Below, piece after piece: positions 19,713 to 28,727 of a stretch of DNA of 64,000 bases (its first letter is position 1; every line of letters begins with the position of its first letter). A program made the position numbers and the translations under genes. Source of the DNA: an uncultured Gemmatimonadales bacterium (GTDB lineage: Bacteria; Gemmatimonadota; Gemmatimonadetes; Longimicrobiales; RSA9); the NCBI GenBank assembly GCA_963783305.1, contig CAWAMW010000016.1:192001-256000 (forward strand), read 5' to 3'. Below the pieces are notes generated by a model. It searched no databases, was not told where the DNA came from, and saw only the letters and a program-made list of their open reading frames with translations.

Positions 19713-20680
19713 AGGCCCGCCAGATGAACGCGACGCGGCTTCAGAGGCTCCGGACCTACCAGGCCGAGCGGTTTCCGCTCCTGGTGTATGTCCCGCTGTT
19801 CGCCGTGGCCACGTTCGCCGCCGTGGCCTTCTCGTGGGGCGCCCGCCCGGGGAGCGGACCTGGCCCCTTCCCCGTGGGGCCGTGGGCGGTGGGTCTCTTC
19901 ACCGTGCTGGTCCTGTTCTTCTTCCTCCGCGTGCTGGACGAGCACAAGGATGCCGATCAGGACGCCCGCTACCGTCCGGAGCTGCCCGTACCCCGGGGTC
20001 TCGTATCGCTCCGTGAGCTCCGCGTGGTGGCCCTCCTCGCGCTGGCCGCCGCGCTGGCGCTGAACGCCCGGGTGGAGCCGGCGCTCCTGGTGGTGCTGGC
20101 GGCCGTCCTGGCGTGGGCCGGGTTCATGGGCCGGGAGTTCTTCGTCCCCGCCTGGCTCCGGGCGCGACCGGCGTGGTACCTCGTGTCCCACATGCTCATC
20201 ATGCCCCTCATCTTCCTGTATGCGACGGCGCTGGACTGGCTCGTCGCCGGCGCGCCCCCGCCCCCGGGCACCACCGCGTTCCTGGCGCTGGCCTTCTGCA
20301 ACGGCCTGGTCATCGAGGTGGGCCGGAAGGTGCGCCCGCCCGATGAGGAGCGGGAGGGCGTGGACAGCTACACCCGCTCGTGGGGGACGGGCGCGGCCGC
20401 CCTGGTCTGGATCGCCGTGGTCCTCGCGGCCGCCGCGTTCGCCCTCCTGAGCCTGCGGACCCTCACCGGCGCGGCCGGTTTCGGCTCCCCGGGCTCGCCG
20501 GTGGGCGCCGCCCTCGGGCTCGCCGGTCTCGCCCTGGCCGCCACCGTTCCCGGCCTGCTGCTGATGCGCGGCTCGCCCCGCCTCCGGTCCGCCCACATCG
20601 AGGCGGTGTCTGGGGTCTGGGTGCTGGCGTCCTACGGCGTTGTGGGAGCGGTGGGCTGGGCCGCCGGGTCGTCGGGATGA
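19709..20680 (+). CDS. UbiA-like membrane prenyltransferase
   Basis: Multi-TM. LRVLDEHKDADQDARYRPELPVPRGLV resembles the UbiA Asp-rich (N/D)DxxDxxxD...RP..G motif. ATGA overlap with the HMGR-like gene. Confidence 0.75.
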   Translation: MKARQMNATRLQRLRTYQAERFPLLVYVPLFAVATFAAVAFSWGARPGSGPGPFPVGPWAVGLFTVLVLFFFLRVLDEHKDADQDARYRPELPVPRGLVSLRELRVVALLALAAALALNARVEPALLVVLAAVLAWAGFMGREFFVPAWLRARPAWYLVSHMLIMPLIFLYATALDWLVAGAPPPPGTTAFLALAFCNGLVIEVGRKVRPPDEEREGVDSYTRSWGTGAAALVWIAVVLAAAAFALLSLRTLTGAAGFGSPGSPVGAALGLAGLALAATVPGLLLMRGSPRLRSAHIEAVSGVWVLASYGVVGAVGWAAGSSG

Positions 20681-23373
20681 TGGAGCCATCCGGGGCGCGC
20701 ACCATCCAGGGATTGGAGGGCCGGGTGAGCGAGCCGTCGCCGGCCACCATTGTCCGGGGTAGCGCGCTGTCGCACCTGGACCCCCGGCGGCTGGGCGGGA
20801 AAGCGGCGAACCTGGCGCGGCTGGAGGCGCTGGGCGTCGCCGTCCCGACCTGGATCGTCATCCTCGCCCCGGCCCCGGGAGACGCGGCGCGCGAGGCCGA
20901 GCCCCGGGCCGAGCTCGCCGCCGCCCTCCGGGACGCGGGGCTGGACGGCCGGCTGCTGGCGGTCCGGTCGTCGGCCGTGGGGGAGGACGAGGCGGGGGCG
21001 TCGTTCGCCGGGCAGTTCGAAACGGTGCTGGGCGTGCCCGGCGGGGATCCGGAGGCGGTGTGGGCCGCCGTGCGGACGGTGCGGGAGTCGGCGTCGTCGG
21101 AGCGGGTGGCGGCCTACGCCGGCGCGGTCGCCCCGCCTCCCATGGCCGTGATCCTCCAGGCGCTGGTGGACGCGGGGGCGTCGGGCGTGGCGTTCTCCGC
21201 CGACCCCGTGACGGGAGACCGGGACACCACCGTCGTGTCCGCCGTGCGCGGGCTGGGTGAGGCGCTGGTGTCGGGGGAAGTGGACGCCGACACGTTCCGG
21301 GTGCGGGCGGACGCCACGGGCAGCCTCCGGATCGTCGACCGGCAGAGCGCCGCGCAGGACCGGGCGCTCCGGCGCACGCCGTCGGGAACCGAATGGGTGG
21401 CCGTGACCGCGGCCGAGCGGGAGACCCCGGCGTTGTCAGACCACGAGGCGCTGGAGATCGCCCGGGTCGCCCGCGAGCTCGCCGGAAAGCTCGGCGCGCC
21501 GCAGGACGTGGAGTGGGCGCTGGAGGCGGGTCCCCGTCGTCGCCTGCTGATCCTCCAGACCCGCCCCATCACCACGCTGGCCGGTGGGGAGCGACGGGTG
21601 TGGGACAACAGCAACATCGTGGAGAGCTATGCCGGCGTGACCACGCCCCTCACGTTCAGCTTTGCCCGGGCCGTGTACGAGGACGTCTACCGCCAGTTCT
21701 GCCGGGTGATGGGCGTGGAGGAGCCGCTCATCGAGCGGAACCGGGCGGTGTTCCGGGAGATGATCGGGCTGGTCCGGGGCCGCGTCTATTACAACCTGCT
21801 GAGCTGGTACCGCGTCCTGGCCCTGCTCCCGGGCTACTCCTTCAACCGGTCGTTCATGGAGCGGATGATGGGCGTGCGGGAGAAGCTTTCGGATCCCCCC
21901 GACCCGCCAAAGGCCGCCGGCAAGTGGGTAGACCTGGGTCGCATGATCCGGATGGGGTGGCTCATGGTGCGGGCCAGCCGCGGGCTGCGTCGGTCCGTGC
22001 CCGCCTTCCACCGCCGCCTCGACCTCGCCCTCGAGCCGCTCACCGATCAGGACCTCACCCGCCGGGAGCCCCACGACCTCGTGGCGCTCTACCACCGCCT
22101 CGAGGAGGAGCTGCTCCGGCACTGGCAGCCGCCGCTGGTGAACGACTTCTTCGCCATGATCTGGTTCGGCGTGCTGGGCCGTCTCACGGAGAAGTGGCTC
22201 CCCAACCAGCCCGCCACGCTGGTCAATGACCTGCTGGCGGGCGAGGGCGGGATGGTGTCCACGGAGCCGGCCCGGCGCGTCATGGCCATGGCCGGGACCG
22301 TGGCGGAGTCGCCCGGGCTGCGCGCCCTCTTCCAGCGCCACGACGACGACGCGGCGCTGCTGGCCGCGCTCCGGGATCCGGCCGCCGGGTCCGCGGCCGG
22401 CTTCGCGGCCGCCGGCGACCCGGCCCGCGAATCCGCCGCGAACCCCGTGGCCGCCGAGGTGTCCGCCCTGGCCGCGGAGCTCGCCGCCTACCTCCGTCGC
22501 TTCGGCGACCGGTGCGCCAACGAGTTGAAGCTGGAGACCGTCACGCTCTCCGAGGACCCGACGTTCCTGGTGGCCACGATCCGGTCGTACGTCCGGCAGG
22601 GCGCCATCGACCCCGACGCCTCCCGGGCCCGGGAGGTGGCCATCCGGGCGGCCGCGGAGGCTCAGGTCGCCGCCACGCTGGGCCCCCTCCGGTGCCGGGC
22701 GTACCGCGGGGTCCTGCGCCGGGCCCGGAACCGGATCCGCGACCGGGAGAACCTGCGTTTCGAGCGGACGCGTGTGTTCGGTGTGGTGCGCCGGATCTTC
22801 CTCGGCCTCGGCTACGCGCTCCACGGGGCGGGTACCCTGGACGACCCCCGGGACGTCTTCTGGCTCACCACCGACGAGGTCTTCGGCTGGGTGGACGGGA
22901 CGGGCGTGTCCGCGGACCTGCGGACGCTGGCGGAGGGCCGGCGCGCCGAGTTCCGGCGCTACGAGGAGGGACCCGCGCCGCCGGAGCGCTTCGAGACGAG
23001 GGGCCCGCCCTCGGAGGCCGACCTGCTGACGCCCCCGGCGGTGGCCACGGAGGGGGACCTGGCCGGGACCGGCTGCTGCCCCGGCGTGGTACGGGCGCCC
23101 GTCCGACTGGTCCGGGACCCCCGGGAAGCGGGCGACCTGGGGGGCCGCATCCTCGTGGCGGAGCGCACCGACCCGGGCTGGACGCTCCTCTTCCCGTCGG
23201 CCGCGGGGATCCTGGTCCAGCGAGGGAGCCTGCTGAGCCATTCGGCCATCGTGGCCCGGGAGATGGGGGTGCCCTGCGTCGTCTCGATCCCGGGTCTCAT
23301 GGACACGCTGGAAGACGGCGAGGTGGTGGAGATGGATGGCGGCAGCGGGCTCGTACGCCGGGCGCTCGAGTGA
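20677..23373 (+). CDS. PEP-utilising enzyme (rifampin phosphotransferase/PigC-like architecture)
   Basis: ATP-grasp motifs GGKAANL, AVRSSA.GED...SFAGQF, PQDVEWA, LQTRPIT; large central domain; C-terminal phospho-His domain TDPGWT...GSLLSHSAIVARE. Confidence 0.9.
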   Translation: MMEPSGARTIQGLEGRVSEPSPATIVRGSALSHLDPRRLGGKAANLARLEALGVAVPTWIVILAPAPGDAAREAEPRAELAAALRDAGLDGRLLAVRSSAVGEDEAGASFAGQFETVLGVPGGDPEAVWAAVRTVRESASSERVAAYAGAVAPPPMAVILQALVDAGASGVAFSADPVTGDRDTTVVSAVRGLGEALVSGEVDADTFRVRADATGSLRIVDRQSAAQDRALRRTPSGTEWVAVTAAERETPALSDHEALEIARVARELAGKLGAPQDVEWALEAGPRRRLLILQTRPITTLAGGERRVWDNSNIVESYAGVTTPLTFSFARAVYEDVYRQFCRVMGVEEPLIERNRAVFREMIGLVRGRVYYNLLSWYRVLALLPGYSFNRSFMERMMGVREKLSDPPDPPKAAGKWVDLGRMIRMGWLMVRASRGLRRSVPAFHRRLDLALEPLTDQDLTRREPHDLVALYHRLEEELLRHWQPPLVNDFFAMIWFGVLGRLTEKWLPNQPATLVNDLLAGEGGMVSTEPARRVMAMAGTVAESPGLRALFQRHDDDAALLAALRDPAAGSAAGFAAAGDPARESAANPVAAEVSALAAELAAYLRRFGDRCANELKLETVTLSEDPTFLVATIRSYVRQGAIDPDASRAREVAIRAAAEAQVAATLGPLRCRAYRGVLRRARNRIRDRENLRFERTRVFGVVRRIFLGLGYALHGAGTLDDPRDVFWLTTDEVFGWVDGTGVSADLRTLAEGRRAEFRRYEEGPAPPERFETRGPPSEADLLTPPAVATEGDLAGTGCCPGVVRAPVRLVRDPREAGDLGGRILVAERTDPGWTLLFPSAAGILVQRGSLLSHSAIVAREMGVPCVVSIPGLMDTLEDGEVVEMDGGSGLVRRALE

Positions 23374-24500
23374 GCGGGGCAGGGGACGCCATCGAGGAGC
23401 GGGCCACCTTCCACTTCATCCGCTACGCGTCGGTGTGGGAGGACGCGGACATCCTGTGCGAGGCGCTGTGGCCCGTGGCCGTGGGGGGGCGAGTGCTGTC
23501 GGTGGCCTCGGCGGGGGACAACGTCCTGGCGCTCCTGACGCTGGACCCGGCCGAGGTGGTGGCGGTGGACCTGAGCGCACCGCAGCTGGCGGCGCTGGAG
23601 CTGAGGGTGACCGCGTTCCGGGAGCTCGACCACGCCCCGCTGCTGGAGTTCCTGGGCGTCACGCCATCGGACCGGCGGCTCGCCGTCTACCAGGGACTCC
23701 GCCATCGACTGGGGGACGGCGCCCGGGGCTTCTGGGACGGGCAGCGGGAGGCCGTGGCCGGGGGCGTCATCCACGCGGGTCGTTTCGAGCGTTACCTGCG
23801 GCTTTTCCGCCGGCGTGTCCTCCCGCTGATCCATTCCCGGTCGCGCATCGAGGGGCTGCTGGCGGCCCGCACGCTGGAGGAGCAGGAGCGGTTCTACCGC
23901 GAGCATTGGGACAGCGTCCGGTGGCGCCTGGTGTTCCGCCTCTTCTTCAGCCGGTTCGTCATGGGCCGGCTCGGCCGGGACCCGGCGTTCTTCGAGCACG
24001 TGGAAGGCTCGGTGGGCGGCCGGATCCTGGAGCGGACGCGGCACGCCCTCACGGCCATCCCCGTCCACACCAACCCGTACCTCACCTACATCATGACGGG
24101 GAACTACTCCCCGGCCGCACTTCCCCGCTACCTCCGGCCGGAGCAGTACGCCGGCATCCGGAGCCGGCTCGATCGCGTGGTCCCCGTCCGCGGCCCGGCC
24201 GAGTCTGCCCCCGGCACGTTCGACGCGTTCAACCTGTCGGACATCTTCGAGTACATGGACCCGGCGGACCACGAGCGCGCGTACCTGGCGCTCCTCGACG
24301 TGGCCCGGCCTGGCGCCCGGCTGGCCTACTGGAACATGCTGGCCCCCCGGGGTGTGCCGCCGGCCGCCGCCGGTCGGGTGACGGCGCTGGACGAGCTGGC
24401 CCGTGAGCTTCACCTCCAGGACCGGGCGTGGTTCTACCAGTCGTTCCATGTGGACCGCGTGGCCGGCGGTGAGAGCGCCGCGGACGAGGCCGTCGCATGA
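23370..24500 (+). CDS. DUF3419 / BtaA-like SAM-dependent (3-amino-3-carboxypropyl) transferase
   Basis: IRYASVWEDADIL, LSVASAGDNVLALL, VDLSAPQ, GRFERY, FNLSDIFEYM; GTGA overlap. Confidence 0.85.
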   Translation: MSGAGDAIEERATFHFIRYASVWEDADILCEALWPVAVGGRVLSVASAGDNVLALLTLDPAEVVAVDLSAPQLAALELRVTAFRELDHAPLLEFLGVTPSDRRLAVYQGLRHRLGDGARGFWDGQREAVAGGVIHAGRFERYLRLFRRRVLPLIHSRSRIEGLLAARTLEEQERFYREHWDSVRWRLVFRLFFSRFVMGRLGRDPAFFEHVEGSVGGRILERTRHALTAIPVHTNPYLTYIMTGNYSPAALPRYLRPEQYAGIRSRLDRVVPVRGPAESAPGTFDAFNLSDIFEYMDPADHERAYLALLDVARPGARLAYWNMLAPRGVPPAAAGRVTALDELARELHLQDRAWFYQSFHVDRVAGGESAADEAVA

Positions 24501-25909
24501 TCGCCATGGGCCCGGCGGGCCTGGACCTGGCCCGGGAGATCCTGGCCGCCCTGCTGGTGGGGGGCGGGTTCCTGGCCATTTTCGTGGGGGCCGAGCTGTG
24601 GAAGCGGTTCGGTGACCCACCGGTGGAATGGACCCGGAAGTTCGTCCATTTCTTCGGCGGGCTCATTGCGGCCAGCTTCCCGTGGGTCTTCCAGTCCCGG
24701 TGGAGCGTGGTGGCGCTGGCGCTGACCTTCCTGGTCATCATATGGCTCTCGCGTCGCCTGGGGCTGCTCCAGAGCGTGCATGGCGTGGAGCGCAGCAGTG
24801 AGGGGGGGATCTACTACCCGCTGGCCGTCCTCTTTGTCTTCCTGGTGGGCCACGACCGTCCCGTGTTCTACCTCATCGCCATCCTGGCGCTGGTGGTGGC
24901 GGACACGCTGGCGGCGCTGGTGGGCTCGATGTACGGGCGGCAGTCGTACGCGGTGGAAACGGACCGGCGCTCGCTGGAGGGCTCCGCCGTCTTCCTCCTG
25001 ACGACGTTCCTCCTGACCCACATCCCGCTCCTCCTCATGGCGAAGCTGGATCCGCTGACCTCGGTCCTCATCAGCATCCAGGTGGCCATCCTGGTGACAC
25101 AGTTCGAGGCCATCAGTCTCCGGGGGAACGACAACCTGATCGTCCCCATCGCCACCTTCTACCTGCTCATCAAGATGACGCCCCGGGGCGCCGACCACAT
25201 CGGCCATCAGCTCATCGCGCAGCTGGTGATCATCGCGCTGATCTGGGTAGTGGCGTGGCGGTCGTGGGCGCTGACGTTCAGTGGCGCTATCGCCCTCATG
25301 CTCTTCACCTACGGCCTGTGGGGGCTGGGAGGCCCCGAGTGGGTGGTGGCGCCGGGACTCGGGCTCCTGGGATTCATCGCCGTGAGGGAGCTCTTCGCCA
25401 GCGACGTGGTGGAGGCGCCGCCGGGCAGCTACCAGGTCATCGCCATCTTCTACATCTGCATCGTGGCCACCGTGCTGTTCATCGCCAACAACACGCTGGA
25501 GACCCTCATCCCGGGGCTCCACCCCATCCTCACCGACGCCGACCCGCTCTACGCGCCGTACATCGGCGTGGTGGCCGCGCAGGTGGCTCTCATCTTCGTC
25601 GCCCAGCTGGAGCCGTTCGTGCCCGGGAGCCCGCTCTGGTCGTGGCGGGCCGCGGCCAGCGCGCTGGCGGCCGTGGCCGTGGTGGTCCCCATCGGTCTCG
25701 CCGCCGGCCCCCAGGGCCTGAGCGTCTGGGGCCTCGGGCTGACCACGGCCCTGGTCTTCGCGACCACCACCCTGTACCTGGTGGGTCGCCGCATCCCCGC
25801 CTGGCCCCACGTCCCGCCGTGGAACGTGCGCCTCCAGGCCACCAGCGCCGCGCTGGCCGCGGCCGTTTTCGTGCCGTTGCACCTGTGGTGGATCGGCGGG
25901 TTGGGGTAG
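24497..25909 (+). CDS. Phytol/dolichol kinase-like membrane protein (CTP-dependent family) with extra C-terminal TM region
   Basis: EWTRKFVH, ADTLAALVG, RSLEGS, EAIS.RGNDNLIVP; ATGA overlap. Confidence 0.82.
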   Translation: MIAMGPAGLDLAREILAALLVGGGFLAIFVGAELWKRFGDPPVEWTRKFVHFFGGLIAASFPWVFQSRWSVVALALTFLVIIWLSRRLGLLQSVHGVERSSEGGIYYPLAVLFVFLVGHDRPVFYLIAILALVVADTLAALVGSMYGRQSYAVETDRRSLEGSAVFLLTTFLLTHIPLLLMAKLDPLTSVLISIQVAILVTQFEAISLRGNDNLIVPIATFYLLIKMTPRGADHIGHQLIAQLVIIALIWVVAWRSWALTFSGAIALMLFTYGLWGLGGPEWVVAPGLGLLGFIAVRELFASDVVEAPPGSYQVIAIFYICIVATVLFIANNTLETLIPGLHPILTDADPLYAPYIGVVAAQVALIFVAQLEPFVPGSPLWSWRAAASALAAVAVVVPIGLAAGPQGLSVWGLGLTTALVFATTTLYLVGRRIPAWPHVPPWNVRLQATSAALAAAVFVPLHLWWIGGLG

Positions 25910-25912
25910 GCA

Positions 25913-26040
25913 GCGAACATCGATCATCGAACATCGAGTATCGCGCCCGATTCGGACGACCGGGCTGATCCGGGGAGTTTCGTTTCACGGGGTCGTGAGG
26001 CCGCGAGTGACCGATCTGCGAAAATCTGCGCAATCTGCGG
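25913..26040. repeat. Short degenerate repeats between the convergent operons
   Basis: CGAACATCGA occurs twice within about 25914-25937. ATCTGCG occurs at 26014, 26024 and 26033. Confidence 0.55.
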
Positions 26041-26115
26041 TCGGATTCTCGCGGGTTGCGGGCACCGATTATCGGGCGGCACCCCGGTGCCGGGTAGCCG
26101 CCGGGTTCGACATCT

Positions 26116-27738
26116 CTACTGGGGCATGATCCGCTCGCGGAGCCGGCCCACGTCGGTTTTGGATGCGTGCCGGGGGTCCCGGGGGATCGCCAGCGCCACC
26201 GCGCGGTCAACGGGGATGGGCGCGAGGGCTTCCCGGAGCCGGGCCGCGAGGGCGGCGTCGACGGGGCCGCCGTCTTTCAGTTCCACACAAAGCACCGCCT
26301 CCGCCTCTGCCGCGTCCGCCACCCCCGCACCGCGCACCCCCAGATACGCCGCGTGTGCGACGCCGGGCACCGACAGCGCCCGGACCTCCGCCGCCATGCT
26401 CCACCACGTGTCGCCTCCGCGCGCCACCCGCTGGGAGAGGCGGCCCATGAGCCAGAGGCGGTGGCCGTCGTATCGGGCTCCATCCCCCGTCCGGTGCCAG
26501 ATCGTGGCGCCCTCCCGCACCTTCGTGAGCGCCTCGCTCTCGGGGTCATCGAGGTAGCCCTTCAGCACGTGATCCCCGGCCACGAGGAGCTCACCCGACT
26601 CCCCGTCCGCCACTTCCAGCCCGGCCAGCTCTGCGCCCGCGGGGAGCTCGCCGTCCACCGGCCGGATGATCCGCCACGCGATCTCCGGGACGGGCTCGCC
26701 GGCGCACACGCCCATGGCCCCGGGCTCCGCCGCGGCCCGGACCAGATCGCCGGCGGTGATCCCGGCGATGGGCTCGGCCTCCGTGCTCCCGTAGAGGACG
26801 TGGGCCTCACCGTCCACCTGGCTCGCGAGCTGACGGGCCAGGGGCGGGAAGACGGGGGCGCCGCCGGTGAACAGCGCCCGCACCGGGATGCGACCGTGCA
26901 GCCGCTCGTAGAACGCCGGTGACCCGGACGTGGTTGTGACCCCCTCGCCCGCCATCTGGGCCAGGATCGAATCGGGATCGATCTCGGCGGGGCGGCGCGG
27001 GTCGAAGTCCGGGATCACCGACGTGACGCCCAGCGCCAGGTTGTTCAGGACAAAGACGGGGAGCGTGGGCATGTCCACGTCATCGGGCCGGAGCCCCAGG
27101 TGACCGGCCAGCACCCGGTGCTGCGCCTCGAGGAAGGCGTGGGATCGGACGGCGGCTTTCGGCCGACCCGTGGTGCCGGTGGTGAACGTGACCAGCGCGG
27201 GGGCCGCGCCGGGAACGTCCACCGGTGTGGCGGTCCCGGCTTCGGCCGCCCCGGCCCCACGCCCCAGCCGGAAGGGGCCGGGTCCCGCCCAGAGACGCAC
27301 CGGGATCCGCCGGACGGCCGGGGTCGTGATTCGGAGCAGCTGGGCCCGGGGCGTGCCAATGAACGCGGCGGGGTGGGCCGCCGCCACGGCGTCCCGGAGC
27401 CGGCGCCGGCCGGCCCACGCGTCCACGAACACCGCGGTAGCACCGGCGTGGAGCACGCCCAGGAGCGCCACGTAGAGGTCGATGGACATGGGCACGAAAA
27501 GCAGCACGCGCTGGCCGGGCTCGATCCCTCGACGCCGCAGCTCCTCCCCGACCCCGGCCGCCCGCTGCGCCAGCTCGGCGAACGTGACCACCCGTCGTAG
27601 CCGGCCGCGGCCCTGGATGATGGCCGGGTGCTCGGGCTGTGATCGGGCCCGCGCCTGGAGGCGCGCCGCGATGTTGTCGACCCCGCGGTCGTCCGTCCCG
27701 GCGCCGTCCGTCACGTCCCGTTCGGTCAGGGGGTCCAT
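26116..27738 (-). CDS. AMP-dependent synthetase/ligase (OleC-like)
   Basis: FTTGTTGRPK, YGSTEAEP, WHRTGD, IPRDPRHASK. Confidence 0.88.
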   Translation of the reverse strand: MDPLTERDVTDGAGTDDRGVDNIAARLQARARSQPEHPAIIQGRGRLRRVVTFAELAQRAAGVGEELRRRGIEPGQRVLLFVPMSIDLYVALLGVLHAGATAVFVDAWAGRRRLRDAVAAAHPAAFIGTPRAQLLRITTPAVRRIPVRLWAGPGPFRLGRGAGAAEAGTATPVDVPGAAPALVTFTTGTTGRPKAAVRSHAFLEAQHRVLAGHLGLRPDDVDMPTLPVFVLNNLALGVTSVIPDFDPRRPAEIDPDSILAQMAGEGVTTTSGSPAFYERLHGRIPVRALFTGGAPVFPPLARQLASQVDGEAHVLYGSTEAEPIAGITAGDLVRAAAEPGAMGVCAGEPVPEIAWRIIRPVDGELPAGAELAGLEVADGESGELLVAGDHVLKGYLDDPESEALTKVREGATIWHRTGDGARYDGHRLWLMGRLSQRVARGGDTWWSMAAEVRALSVPGVAHAAYLGVRGAGVADAAEAEAVLCVELKDGGPVDAALAARLREALAPIPVDRAVALAIPRDPRHASKTDVGRLRERIMPQ

Positions 27739-28727
27739 CCGTAGAGCGCGTAGTGCCGGAACACGCGGCCGCCGTGGCTGGAGATCTTGAGGGAGTCGTT
27801 GCCCACGTGCATGAGGGCGTGGATCGCCGCATCGTAGCCCTGCTCAGCGGCGCGGCGGTGCGTCTCGTGGACCAGCAGCGACCCCAGTCCCATGCCCCGG
27901 CCGGCGGGCGCCACGGCCAGGGACTTCACCACCACGCGCGTGGGTCGGCCGGCGGGGTCGAGCGGGTCCGGGAAGCTCAGTGCGAAGCCCGCCGCCTCCC
28001 CGTCGCCGGTGCGGGCCACGAGGACCAGCTCCGGGTCCAGCACGTCCTTCATGGGTGCGTACAGCGTACGGAACCGCTCGAAGGAGATGGGTGAGAAGTA
28101 GGGGTTGTCGGCGAACGCCGCGATGCTGACCCGGTACAGCTCATCCAGCGCCACGTCGAACGCGGCGGGGTCGAGGGTCTCGAGCCGGACGCCCTGCTCT
28201 TCCAGAGACCAGGCGGGGGCCCGCGTCCGCTCCGTCAGCGCCGCCAGGTCCTCGACGATCTGGCTCACGTACCACTCCACCACGTCCATCCCCGCTTCCT
28301 CGAAGTGCCGGGGATACTCCGGGGGGTTCGCGGGCTCGGTGAAGAAAGGCGCGCGGTTGCTGGCCGGGGTGGGGAGCGCCAGCCGGTAGCGGTCCCACGT
28401 GGTCCCGTCCATGGGCCCCACCACGCGTTCCGCGCCCGCGTCCGCGAGCCTGACCAGCGATTCCCTCAGCAGCGTAATGCCGGCGGCCTCGTCCCGGGCC
28501 TCGTAATGGCCGATGATCCCCGTGCGCCCCGGCGCCCCGGCGAGGTTGTGGGCGATGCGCAGCGATGCCCGGGCCAACGGCCCCTCCTTCCACCGCGCTA
28601 CCAGCAGACGGGCGTCGTCGTTGGGCGCGCGGGACGGTCCCGCGGCGCCCTCGGGGTCGAGGGACCGGAACAGCCGGAGGTCATTGTCGTCGTTTCGAGC
28701 CAACTCCTGAATCCGGGACTGGCTCAT
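27726..28727 (-). CDS. GNAT family N-acyltransferase (two-domain)
   Basis: C-terminal KSLAVAPAGRGMGLGSLL (acetyl-CoA motif A); VVGPMDGTTW; HALMHVGN. Confidence 0.85.
   Translation of the reverse strand: MSQSRIQELARNDDNDLRLFRSLDPEGAAGPSRAPNDDARLLVARWKEGPLARASLRIAHNLAGAPGRTGIIGHYEARDEAAGITLLRESLVRLADAGAERVVGPMDGTTWDRYRLALPTPASNRAPFFTEPANPPEYPRHFEEAGMDVVEWYVSQIVEDLAALTERTRAPAWSLEEQGVRLETLDPAAFDVALDELYRVSIAAFADNPYFSPISFERFRTLYAPMKDVLDPELVLVARTGDGEAAGFALSFPDPLDPAGRPTRVVVKSLAVAPAGRGMGLGSLLVHETHRRAAEQGYDAAIHALMHVGNDSLKISSHGGRVFRHYALYGWTP

Noticed and set aside
20677..23373. Call as ppsA or the rifampin resistance gene rph
   Set aside because: It lacks the PpsA C-terminal barrel, and the operon context argues against a stand-alone resistance gene.
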